From an uncultured Methylocapsa sp. (GTDB lineage: Bacteria > Pseudomonadota > Alphaproteobacteria > Rhizobiales > Beijerinckiaceae): a stretch of 64,000 bases of DNA. Shown here one piece after another: positions 27,928 to 36,075 of the stretch. A program made the position numbers and the translations under genes. Under the pieces are notes generated by a model. That model was not told the DNA's origin, made no database searches, and worked only from the letters and a program-made list of their open reading frames with translations. The first letter of the stretch is position 1, and each line of letters begins with the position of its first letter. The stretch covers positions 67 to 64,066 of the forward strand of contig CAYTRB010000001.1 in NCBI GenBank assembly GCA_964440215.1, in the 5' to 3' direction.

Positions 27928-28797
27928 TTAAGCTTTCATCCGCGCTGCGGCTTGGTTCGCAAATCGGCGCCAGGCAGCATCAAAGACACGGCGGCTGGGA
28001 AGATTAACTGCACCAGCCCAGTGTGCGAAGTAGATTTTATCGCCATAGACATCGCGCGGCCCTTCGGCGTCGAATGTAACCCCTTCGGCCTTGTAGAAGC
28101 TCTCCCCGGAGGCGCCCGGCAGACATTCCCGTAAAGACGTGATCTTCAAGCCCCTCCGGTGCGCGACGAAATTGGTCACCGGCTGGGCAAACAGCATGCC
28201 GCGCTGGCGCACCGCGTGAAAGATTGCCTCGTCCTTGTCGATGACGTCCTGGAAATCCTTCAGGCTAAGAATCTCATTCGAGGCGACGAAAAACCCATCG
28301 TTGAAGAGCATCACATCGCGGAGAAAATCATAGTTCTCACGCTTTTTATTGTAGACATATTCCTTCGTTGGAGCGGCCACGATGAAATCATTCTTGCCAG
28401 CTTCGAGGCGGCCGAACATCTCTCGAAAATCACGAAACAGGATAATATCGACATCGAGATAGATGACCTCATCGAGCGGTAGCACGAGGCTAAGGAATTT
28501 CCGCAGCCTCCGGCGATAGCCTGGAAACATCGGGTAAAGCCGCTTGGCCAGGGCATCAAGTTCAGCGCTGTCCGGTTCGACAAATTCGATGCCGTATATA
28601 TCGGCGGCCCGGCGCGTCAAGGCGACATTGTCATCGTAAGGGATGAGGTAGAGGGGCGTTGCCGAATTGGTCGCGAGATAGCTCTCGAGAAATGGGAGAA
28701 GCCAATTGATAATCTTATCATTGGCGATGATTGCCATGCCGTAGTTTTTCGATGGAGACGGAAGGTTTTGCATTTCACTCTTGAATTCAACTTGCAT
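27928..28797 (-). CDS. putative GT-A-fold (GT8-like) nucleotide-sugar transferase; family not identified
   Basis: MAIIANDKIINWLLPFLES... (Rossmann-like start), LDEVIYLDVDIILF (DxD-type motif), later FNDGFFV. Lower GC than its neighbours. The start is uncertain (ATG 28797, 28773 or 28737). Confidence 0.5.
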   Translation of the reverse strand: MQVEFKSEMQNLPSPSKNYGMAIIANDKIINWLLPFLESYLATNSATPLYLIPYDDNVALTRRAADIYGIEFVEPDSAELDALAKRLYPMFPGYRRRLRKFLSLVLPLDEVIYLDVDIILFRDFREMFGRLEAGKNDFIVAAPTKEYVYNKKRENYDFLRDVMLFNDGFFVASNEILSLKDFQDVIDKDEAIFHAVRQRGMLFAQPVTNFVAHRRGLKITSLRECLPGASGESFYKAEGVTFDAEGPRDVYGDKIYFAHWAGAVNLPSRRVFDAAWRRFANQAAARMKA

Positions 28798-28972
28798 TAA
28801 GCCTGATCGGCGGCTGGCGGCGGCAGGATCCGTCTGTATTGACGGACTAGCTGTTTCGGGGCGAAACTCCGCTCAACCGATGGGGTGGAGGCGTTTTGCT
28901 CTTCCTGTAGCTTGAGGAGGGCTGCCGGATCAAGCCGGAGCTTTGCCGCGTGAAAATGACCGCGAAGGTCGC

Positions 28973-30283
28973 ATGAATGATGAAATGCGGGCGCGAGAGC
29001 CGTTGGTTCCGCGAATGAACGGGGAGGACCCGCGAGAGGGAAGCGATGCGCCGGTTTCCTTACTGCTCGCGGGAAAAGTCGTGGTGATCGTGCATCCGGC
29101 ATGGCACTCTTGCGGCAGCCATCAGGTTTTCGTCTCGCAGGCGCGGGCCTATCGCAGCCTCGGCGCGAAAGTGGTTAGTCTAGCGATCGCCGATACGCCC
29201 GGCTGCGTCGAGGGATCGCGCGGTTCCAAAGTCTATCTCAATGCGACGGACGACCTTGAAGCCGACACCCGCCTATTCGCGGGCATGCCCTTGCGAAAAA
29301 TTCTGAACGGTGGCTTTCTTCGCGCGGCCAAGCAATGGCTGCACGGTAATGATGCCGCGATGCGGGTTGAGGTCGTGCGGCAGGTGGCGCTTCCGAGCCC
29401 CGGCGCTTTCGCGCCCCGCATCGATCTCATCCACTGCAATCATTTTTTCTGCATGCCGGCCGCGGTCCGCCTGCGCGAGAAGTATGCTTGTCCAATCCTT
29501 CTCGACACACATGATCTGCAAGCGCGCCAATATGCGCTGCGCAATCGCGCACGCTACCGGATTCCTCCCTCCGTCCGCTATGAAGACATGCTCGCTATCG
29601 AGCTCGACGCAATGCGTCCGGCGGCTCTGTTGCTCCATCTCAATGACGAAGAGGCAACGGTTTTCAAACAGCTCGTTCCGGATAAGCATCACGCGTTGCT
29701 CTATCCCACCATCAATGCGATGCCGGCTGGGCTTGGTGGGGGTGATCCCATCATTGTCGCGAGCGCCAATTATCCGAATTTCCTTGGGCTTAGCTGGTTC
29801 TTGCAGGAAGTCTTGCCGCTGGCGCCCGGTGTTCCGGTGCAAATCCTCGGCAATATCGACCGTGAATTTCAATCGCGCGCGCCGGATCTTTATAGGGCGC
29901 ATGCGGCGCACTTCCGTGGCAGGGTCGAGGCGGAGGATCTCCACGCCGCTTATCGTGGCGCCTCGGCTGTACTGCTCCCGGCCACGGCCGGGCACGGGAT
30001 CTCGATCAAAACCATAGAAGCGTTGTCCTGCGGCGCGCCGCTGATCGCGACCCCGCTCGCCTTTCGCGGCCTTGGGATCGCCATGACCGGTCTTCCTCAT
30101 GTGACCGTGACGGAAGTCGGCGCCGCTTTCGCCGCGGCTTTGCGCCGCGCTTATGCCTTTCGCCATTTACCCGGTGCCGACCGCCAGCAGGCGGCAACCC
30201 GCCGCATCTATGAAGAGCGCTTTGCGTTCGCCGCTTATCGCAAAGCGCTGGCGGCTATCGTGGAGCAAGTCGCAAAGACTTGA
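28973..30283 (+). CDS. GT-B-fold glycosyltransferase (GT4-like)
   Basis: C-terminal GT4-type motif AVLLPATAGHGISIKTIEALSCGAPLIATPLAFRGL. ATG 28973 chosen; the ORF-track start 28943 is a TTG. Confidence 0.7.
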   Translation: MNDEMRAREPLVPRMNGEDPREGSDAPVSLLLAGKVVVIVHPAWHSCGSHQVFVSQARAYRSLGAKVVSLAIADTPGCVEGSRGSKVYLNATDDLEADTRLFAGMPLRKILNGGFLRAAKQWLHGNDAAMRVEVVRQVALPSPGAFAPRIDLIHCNHFFCMPAAVRLREKYACPILLDTHDLQARQYALRNRARYRIPPSVRYEDMLAIELDAMRPAALLLHLNDEEATVFKQLVPDKHHALLYPTINAMPAGLGGGDPIIVASANYPNFLGLSWFLQEVLPLAPGVPVQILGNIDREFQSRAPDLYRAHAAHFRGRVEAEDLHAAYRGASAVLLPATAGHGISIKTIEALSCGAPLIATPLAFRGLGIAMTGLPHVTVTEVGAAFAAALRRAYAFRHLPGADRQQAATRRIYEERFAFAAYRKALAAIVEQVAKT

Positions 30284-30311
30284 TCAGGCCATGCTGTACG
30301 CGAGTCTTGCG

Positions 30312-31661
30312 TCAATCCCATTCCAGCACGAGATGCTTCGGAAATTGCGTCCCGCCCGTGTCGATTTGGCCGGCATCCCCAGGGGCACGCCGCAGGCCCG
30401 GCTTTAGGAGCAGCGGTTTCAGGATCGCCGGCAAGACGGCGCGGTTGATGTAGGCGCCGAAACATCCATGCAGCCCGTATCCCCAAAGAATATAATCGCC
30501 CCACGGCCGGTCCGTGCGGAAAGATTCAGGGGCCTCGATGTTCAGGCGATCAAACATGGCAGAAAGATTTGAAGCCAGCACCATGGTATCTTTCGGGATC
30601 TTGCGGGCGCGAAAATGTCCTGCCGCGATCGTGGTGTCCCGCGCCGCGCGCCGGTAGATGAAGGGGTTGATGGGGTTGAAGCGGAGCGCCTCGAAGACAT
30701 GCGCGGCAAGAAGCGTGTCATTGCCGTCATGCGCGGCTTGCTCGGCCGATGCAAACGCCTCGGGACGGTCGAGCAATTGGTCGAGCGCCTGTACGGCTGC
30801 CCTGGAGATCGTGGGGATCGCGCCGATCACGAGCCCGATGAGATTGTTGCGAATCCCGAGATCGTCCATGCCGGGCAGGCCAGCCGCCTGCATGACAAGA
30901 CAGCGTCCGAGCACGTCGTCCTTCGTCTCACCAGAAGCCTTACGCTTGGCGATGGCCGCATCGAGGACGGAGCGAAGGGCGGCCGCCGCGTCGAGCGCTT
31001 CGTGATCCAGCGCCGGATCGCCCGCAAGATCGGCGAAAAGATAGCGGAACATGAGCGTTGCCCACTCCACGAGATCGCTATCGGGCGCGCCGGTGACGCC
31101 GAAATAATCGGTGACGATCGCCGCCGGCACGGGGAGGCTGAGCTCCGGCGGCACATCGATGCGGCCGGCCTTTCCGGCGACAAGCTTTGCCGCCAATTGG
31201 CGTGCGAGCGGCTCGACGATCACGGCGACGTCGTCACGCCGTACCGCAAGACGCATATTGGAGACATCGCGCGTGTAAAGCGCCGTGTCCTGCATCCCAA
31301 GAAAGAAATTCTCGCCTCCCGTGATTGCCCGCATCCGGGGTTCGTAGACAACCTCGAAATCCGCGTTTCGATCGAGCACTTCAATCACATCTTCGTGGCG
31401 CGCGACGAGTACCGTGCCGGTATTTGGATAGGATTTAATGATCTTCTTTGTGAAGACCGGGGAGTTAGGCAGGAAGGCGCGAAGCAGCCGGAAACCGAGC
31501 CTCTGAGTCAACGGGTCCTGAAGCGCGGCCGCGAACTTCTCCTTGAGGCCAGAGCCCTGGGCTGAAAGCACCGCCACGGGTATCTGATACAAGGTAGCGA
31601 GACCATCGGTGATGACGCGCAGGCGCACACCGGCAACAGTGACGAAAGTCGGTACTCGCAT
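30312..31661 (-). CDS. cytochrome P450
   Basis: Heme-thiolate loop WGYGLHGCFGAYIN (FxxGxxxCxG type) and ExxR (EALRFNP). The I-helix reads LIGLVIGAIPTISRA, so it lacks the usual acidic residue before Thr. GGGAGGAA SD 6 nt upstream of the ATG. Confidence 0.88.
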   Translation of the reverse strand: MRVPTFVTVAGVRLRVITDGLATLYQIPVAVLSAQGSGLKEKFAAALQDPLTQRLGFRLLRAFLPNSPVFTKKIIKSYPNTGTVLVARHEDVIEVLDRNADFEVVYEPRMRAITGGENFFLGMQDTALYTRDVSNMRLAVRRDDVAVIVEPLARQLAAKLVAGKAGRIDVPPELSLPVPAAIVTDYFGVTGAPDSDLVEWATLMFRYLFADLAGDPALDHEALDAAAALRSVLDAAIAKRKASGETKDDVLGRCLVMQAAGLPGMDDLGIRNNLIGLVIGAIPTISRAAVQALDQLLDRPEAFASAEQAAHDGNDTLLAAHVFEALRFNPINPFIYRRAARDTTIAAGHFRARKIPKDTMVLASNLSAMFDRLNIEAPESFRTDRPWGDYILWGYGLHGCFGAYINRAVLPAILKPLLLKPGLRRAPGDAGQIDTGGTQFPKHLVLEWD

Positions 31662-31682
31662 CGTTCATTCCTCCCAGTCGCT

Positions 31683-33317
31683 TTACGTGGGGTCGACCAC
31701 GCCCATGCCGATCATGCGCAAGGCGGTCATGCTCGGCACGAAGAAATATTCGCCGCCGCGAGTCTCGACGAATTGCGGAAGGCCTTCGACGATAAACGGA
31801 GGATGGCCGGATGAGGGATCGGCAGGGATCACGAATTTGGCCTTGGGTCCGTTTTTGCCACCAGGCGTTCCATCCGAATGGTTGCCGACAATCGGGCAGG
31901 TGTCGCTGCCGGCATGCGAATCAAGCCCATAGTTGATCCATTGCTGTTGCACGAATTCGAACTGCCGGAACAGGCTCGCGCAGACAACGAGCATCACGAT
32001 GCCGTGCTCCTCCGAGTCCGGCGCCCCATTTGACGAATCGCCATAGGGCAAGCCGCGCCGGAGGATACGGCGGCGATTGTTCAACACCGATCCGTCGTCG
32101 CCGGTCGGGTCCATCATGTCCCGCGTATTGACCCGCCGCACATGCGCGGTGAGCGGACATTTGGCGCCTTCTTTATCGTCATTGAAGGAGAAGTTCGCAA
32201 GAGCCGCTTCGCGGGCCATTTGGTCAGACCCCGGATGGTCGATATTGAATTGCTTCCACGCTGCCACGTCCTTTGCGAGCGAAAGAGGCACCCCATCGGA
32301 CCAGCGGCCCGCCATCTTCGCCATCAGCGTTTCGCGCGCATCATCGAGGTCTGCGATGCCGGAAACCTTGGCATAATCTTTCGCTGTCTCGTGAATAAAG
32401 CTCCGGAACGCGGCGACATTCTCATGCAGCTTGCGATAGGCGATGAAAGTGCCGTTGCGGCTGAAATCGAGCGGCATGGCGGCGCCGGGGATCTCCTGCG
32501 CCTCGTCGGGATAGCCGAGCAGGAATTCGCCAGTCGCGAGCGGCCGCCAATTGCCCTTGCCGTCAAGGGCCCCGTTGCCTTCCGCGACCGCCTGCTCGTA
32601 ATCATTTGGATACTGACCTTCAAAAACCGGATCACCGATGGCGTCGGTGAAGCCGAAATGCTCCTTCGGAAGGGGCGTGACGGTACCATCGGAATTGTGT
32701 TCCAGGATCGCCGAAAGCTCTTGAAAATCCTGTTTCGGATGGCCCGGAAGATTGTGGCCGGTAAGCAGCCGCACGCCACCGCCGGTTTCTTGGCGAAGAG
32801 TCTCGATGTCTCTGGTTTGCGCGTCGAGCGCCGCGACGGCCGATCCGTCTGAGTTCATTTTCGCATTAAGCGTGACAAGAAGATGGACCGTATTCTCATT
32901 GGGTCCGTAGCCATCTCCGCTCCTGGTCCACACTTCGTCCCAGCGATTTTTCCAATCTTCGCGGAAATCATCGCCGAGCATGGGTGCGCGATTGATCATC
33001 CCGTCGATGAATTCGTCCGGCATCCCGCGCAGCGTGCGAACCGGAATGCCGAGCGCGAGCAGACCATACCAAGTGAAGGCAAGATTAACCGTGACATCGG
33101 GACGCGGCACCTCAATCTTCCCGGTCGGGATGTCAGTTGTCGACGACTTCCAGCGCAAAGCGGTGGTGATCATCGGCAATAATCCGGTCACGAATTTGCG
33201 CCCCGAATCAGGATTGTCGATGTGAAAGAGTATGAAGCGGCCCTTGGGAAATCCCAGCTTTCCATAGGGCGTGAGAATATTGCCTTGAATATCGGCGAGA
33301 TCGAGTTCGACGGCCAT
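31683..33317 (-). CDS. DyP-type heme peroxidase, long form (544 aa)
   Basis: N-terminal LADIQGNIL; GFTDAIGDP (GxxDG motif variant with Ala); proximal-His segment LTAHVRRVNTRD; RRILRRGLPYG; C-terminal LFRQFEFVQQQWINYG. No signal or Tat motif. Confidence 0.85.
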   Translation of the reverse strand: MAVELDLADIQGNILTPYGKLGFPKGRFILFHIDNPDSGRKFVTGLLPMITTALRWKSSTTDIPTGKIEVPRPDVTVNLAFTWYGLLALGIPVRTLRGMPDEFIDGMINRAPMLGDDFREDWKNRWDEVWTRSGDGYGPNENTVHLLVTLNAKMNSDGSAVAALDAQTRDIETLRQETGGGVRLLTGHNLPGHPKQDFQELSAILEHNSDGTVTPLPKEHFGFTDAIGDPVFEGQYPNDYEQAVAEGNGALDGKGNWRPLATGEFLLGYPDEAQEIPGAAMPLDFSRNGTFIAYRKLHENVAAFRSFIHETAKDYAKVSGIADLDDARETLMAKMAGRWSDGVPLSLAKDVAAWKQFNIDHPGSDQMAREAALANFSFNDDKEGAKCPLTAHVRRVNTRDMMDPTGDDGSVLNNRRRILRRGLPYGDSSNGAPDSEEHGIVMLVVCASLFRQFEFVQQQWINYGLDSHAGSDTCPIVGNHSDGTPGGKNGPKAKFVIPADPSSGHPPFIVEGLPQFVETRGGEYFFVPSMTALRMIGMGVVDPT

Positions 33318-33326
33318 GGTGCGCCT

Positions 33327-34289
33327 CTAGATGCCGATGATGCCCGGCTGTTGCGTGGGTCCGATGAGATTCTCGGGTTCGTTTGCGGCGACGAAGATCC
33401 CGAACGCGTCGTGGAGTTGATGTGCCGACTCCGGGTCTGCCGCCAGCAGCTGGTTGTCAATCGCGAAGCGGGTGAATGTTCGCTGCAGATGAAGGGCCTT
33501 GAGAACGGCCGGGAGATTCGAGTCCGGCGCCGCCGGAAACGGTTTGCCGCCCGCCGCTAAGAGGCTCGAATAGGCGAACCATAGTCCGGCAGCGAGCACC
33601 GCTGCGCCGAGCAGCATCACGATGAAGCCCGCCTTCCCCGACATAAAACAAAAGACGATAAGACCCAGTAAAAACACAACGGCGCCCGCACCGGCGGGAA
33701 TGAGATTTTTGTCGGCAGGCCACACTGGAAGCAGCGGCAAAGGACTATCGACGTAATAATCATTAAAAGACATTGTCGTTTCGATTTGGCAGCGCGCGAT
33801 ATATTTCGCGAAGGACGCCGCATCGCTGACATTCGTATCGAATCCAACGCAATACGTGAAAATACGCTGCAACTCATCTTGCATCGTATCCCAAAGGGTG
33901 GCGAGATAGGAATCCCGCTCGGTATCGGCAGCACTCGCCGCATCGAAGTCCACACCGAAGAAGAGAAACGGGCAGGTCAGATGATCCTGCGGCTGCGCGA
34001 CGATCGGGTTGATTTTCCGGATCACCGTCCATAGGACATTGCATTGTTCACGCCCATTGTAATTCGTATCGTCGATGATCACGAAACGGGCAAAATGGTT
34101 GCGCGTATTGCGTGCGAAGGGGCTTTGGCCGCCGCCACAGGCGGGCGTCTGCGCGGCTGTTGGCAGCATGGCGAGTTGCTTGCGTAAGGCATGGACAGGC
34201 GATGTGACCGCCGTCCCATCTTTTATCGGCTCGGTCCGGACTGGCACGAGAACGGTCAAGAAATAATGTCCGCCGTCGAATGTCGGCAT
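33327..34289 (-). CDS. uncharacterised 320-aa protein with two C-proximal TM helices
   Basis: ATG 34289 is preceded by GGGGGGAG; the ORF-track start 34304 is a TTG. Reads MPTFDGGHYFLTVLVPV...NHFARFVIIDD...PFLFFGVDFDAASA...YLATLW. TM helices: AGAGAVVFLLGLIVFCFMSG and GFIVMLLGAAVLAAGLWFAYSSLL. I cannot assign a family. Confidence 0.7.
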   Translation of the reverse strand: MPTFDGGHYFLTVLVPVRTEPIKDGTAVTSPVHALRKQLAMLPTAAQTPACGGGQSPFARNTRNHFARFVIIDDTNYNGREQCNVLWTVIRKINPIVAQPQDHLTCPFLFFGVDFDAASAADTERDSYLATLWDTMQDELQRIFTYCVGFDTNVSDAASFAKYIARCQIETTMSFNDYYVDSPLPLLPVWPADKNLIPAGAGAVVFLLGLIVFCFMSGKAGFIVMLLGAAVLAAGLWFAYSSLLAAGGKPFPAAPDSNLPAVLKALHLQRTFTRFAIDNQLLAADPESAHQLHDAFGIFVAANEPENLIGPTQQPGIIGI

Positions 34290-34322
34290 GTAGGCTCCCC
34301 CCAAAGATGCGGCAGGCCAAAC

Positions 34323-34988
34323 TCAGATCAGCGTCGCGGCCGCCTTTTGCTGATGTGCGACGTAATCCGCGCGGTTAGCGTCAGCGTTTTTCGTGTCATT
34401 GCTGGCGACCGGTGCATAGCCTTGATAGCCAAGGTCGTTCTGCACCTTGCAGAGCTCGGCGATATAGGCTTTCTGGAAATCCGCGGCCGCCAAATCCGCG
34501 TGCTTTTCGACGAGACTTAGAACCGCGCGCCGCACCCGTAGCGCCGCCTTGATGTCGCTCACCGCCGCGCCAGGCGTCGCATTGAAATAATAATCCGTGG
34601 TGAGCTGGTTCGCCCTTATGTAGTCTTTGAAGGGCGTGCTCGGGATCGAGTGCGGGAATTTCGTGCTCGAGATCCAATACAGGTCAACCCCGCTTGGAAT
34701 GGCGTCCGAAAAAGCGTCGAGATATTGATCCCAGGTTCCATTGAAGTTGCTGGAGAACAGCATGTAATCGTTCTGCAGATTCTGTTTTCCCTGGCCAAGA
34801 TCGGGCCATTGATTCCTCTTGACGATCGCCCAGCGGCCAAAATGGATGAACGTTAGGCCGAGCAAGCCGGCAAGGGTGGACGGGAAGGCGCGCGTCGCCA
34901 TATACGCCAAGCGGTTAAGCCACGTCAGCCATGGCGGCATCGGCGTGATGACGTTCATGACGTAAGCCTTGCCGGCGACGTTGGACAT
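34323..34988 (-). CDS. uncharacterised 221-aa protein, tandem paralog A
   Basis: ATG 34988 is preceded by GGGAGGGGGG. It aligns without gaps to paralog B (35328-35993): 159/221 identical by hand count. Motifs IHFGRWAIVKRNQWP and LFSSNFNGTWDQYLDAFS. I recognise no family. Confidence 0.75.
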   Translation of the reverse strand: MSNVAGKAYVMNVITPMPPWLTWLNRLAYMATRAFPSTLAGLLGLTFIHFGRWAIVKRNQWPDLGQGKQNLQNDYMLFSSNFNGTWDQYLDAFSDAIPSGVDLYWISSTKFPHSIPSTPFKDYIRANQLTTDYYFNATPGAAVSDIKAALRVRRAVLSLVEKHADLAAADFQKAYIAELCKVQNDLGYQGYAPVASNDTKNADANRADYVAHQQKAAATLI

Positions 34989-35113
34989 TCCCCCCTCCCA
35001 GTGCCGCGAGGGGATGACGCAAAACGCCATTCCCCAAAGCCCGCTATCCGAGGGCTCCGTAATTCTTGATTTTCAATCCCACGGAAAAGCGCGGGAACCC
35101 CTATTTGGAAACT

Positions 35114-35143
35114 ATTATGCCTCCTTTTTGGAGGCAGAGGCAA
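35114..35143 (-). promoter_or_regulatory. candidate sigma70-type promoter of paralog A (duplicated with the gene)
   Basis: The minus strand reads TTGCCT (35143-35138), 18 nt, CATAAT (35119-35114). The same spacing and the same -10 occur upstream of paralog B. The predicted 5' UTR is about 118 nt. Confidence 0.45.
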
Positions 35144-35327
35144 GGCTTTGATGGCGAGCTCGGCGGCCCAGAACTATAAGCGTCAGTGAGGATCCAGCGT
35201 GAGTTTTGGCGCCAGATTGTCCGGGTCTTGAGTGCGTGCTCATGTCTCCTCCAATGCAGCGCCTTTGAAGGGGGCCGGTGAGGAAGGAACAAAGATCGGC
35301 CGAACTGGGGGGCGGGGCTGGCCAAAT

Positions 35328-35993
35328 TCAGATGAGCGTCGCGGCCGACTTCTGCTGATTGTGGACATAGTCGGCGCGGTGAATATCGGCGTTTTTGGTG
35401 TCGTTGGAGGCGACCGGCGCATACCCTTGGTAGCCAAGACTGTTCTGCACCGCGCGGAGCGCCGCGGCATAGGCTCCTTGGAAATCCTCTGGCGTGAGCG
35501 TCTGATGTTGCGCGGCGAGCGCGAGAATGGTGCGCCGAACGATCAATGCCGCCTTGATGTCACGTTGGGCGGCACCGGGCGTTGCATTATAATAGTAATC
35601 CGTGTCAATCTGATTCGCCCGGATATAATTCTTAAACGGCGTGATCGGAATTGAGTGTGGATATCGCGTGCTCGAAAACCAGAACAGATCGAGTCCGCTT
35701 GGAAGTCCGTCTGAGAAGGCGTCGATATATTGGTCCCAGGTGCCGTTGAAATTGCTATAAAATAGCGTGTAATCGTTTTGCAGCGTCTGCTTGCCCTGAC
35801 CGAGGTTGGGCCATTGATTGCGCTTGATGATCGCCCATCGCGCAAAATGAATGATCGATAGGCCGAGCAGCGCACTCAAGAAAGATGGAAGCGCGCGTGA
35901 CGCCATGAAAATCGCCCGCTGGACCCAGGTCATCCACGGGTGCATTGGTGTCATCGTATTCATGCCGTAAGCTTTGCCGGCTATGTTGGACAT
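35328..35993 (-). CDS. uncharacterised 221-aa protein, tandem paralog B
   Basis: ATG 35993 is preceded by GGGGAGGGGG. Same length and colinear with paralog A (about 72% identity). The C-terminal 36 aa are 31/36 identical. Confidence 0.75.
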   Translation of the reverse strand: MSNIAGKAYGMNTMTPMHPWMTWVQRAIFMASRALPSFLSALLGLSIIHFARWAIIKRNQWPNLGQGKQTLQNDYTLFYSNFNGTWDQYIDAFSDGLPSGLDLFWFSSTRYPHSIPITPFKNYIRANQIDTDYYYNATPGAAQRDIKAALIVRRTILALAAQHQTLTPEDFQGAYAAALRAVQNSLGYQGYAPVASNDTKNADIHRADYVHNQQKSAATLI

Positions 35994-36075
35994 GTCCCCC
36001 TCCCCGAGGCCCGCTTAAGGCAATATTTTTATTTTTGCCTCCCAGGCGAATATTCAAATCGTGATATATTTTTTT

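Noticed and set aside
31683-36000. DyP as encapsulin cargo, with the neighbouring unknowns as the shell.
   Set aside because: None of the neighbouring proteins has the length or sequence character of an HK97-fold encapsulin. The DyP C-terminus (...TALRMIGMGVVDPT) does not look like the usual Gly/Ser-rich SLxIGSLK-type targeting peptide.
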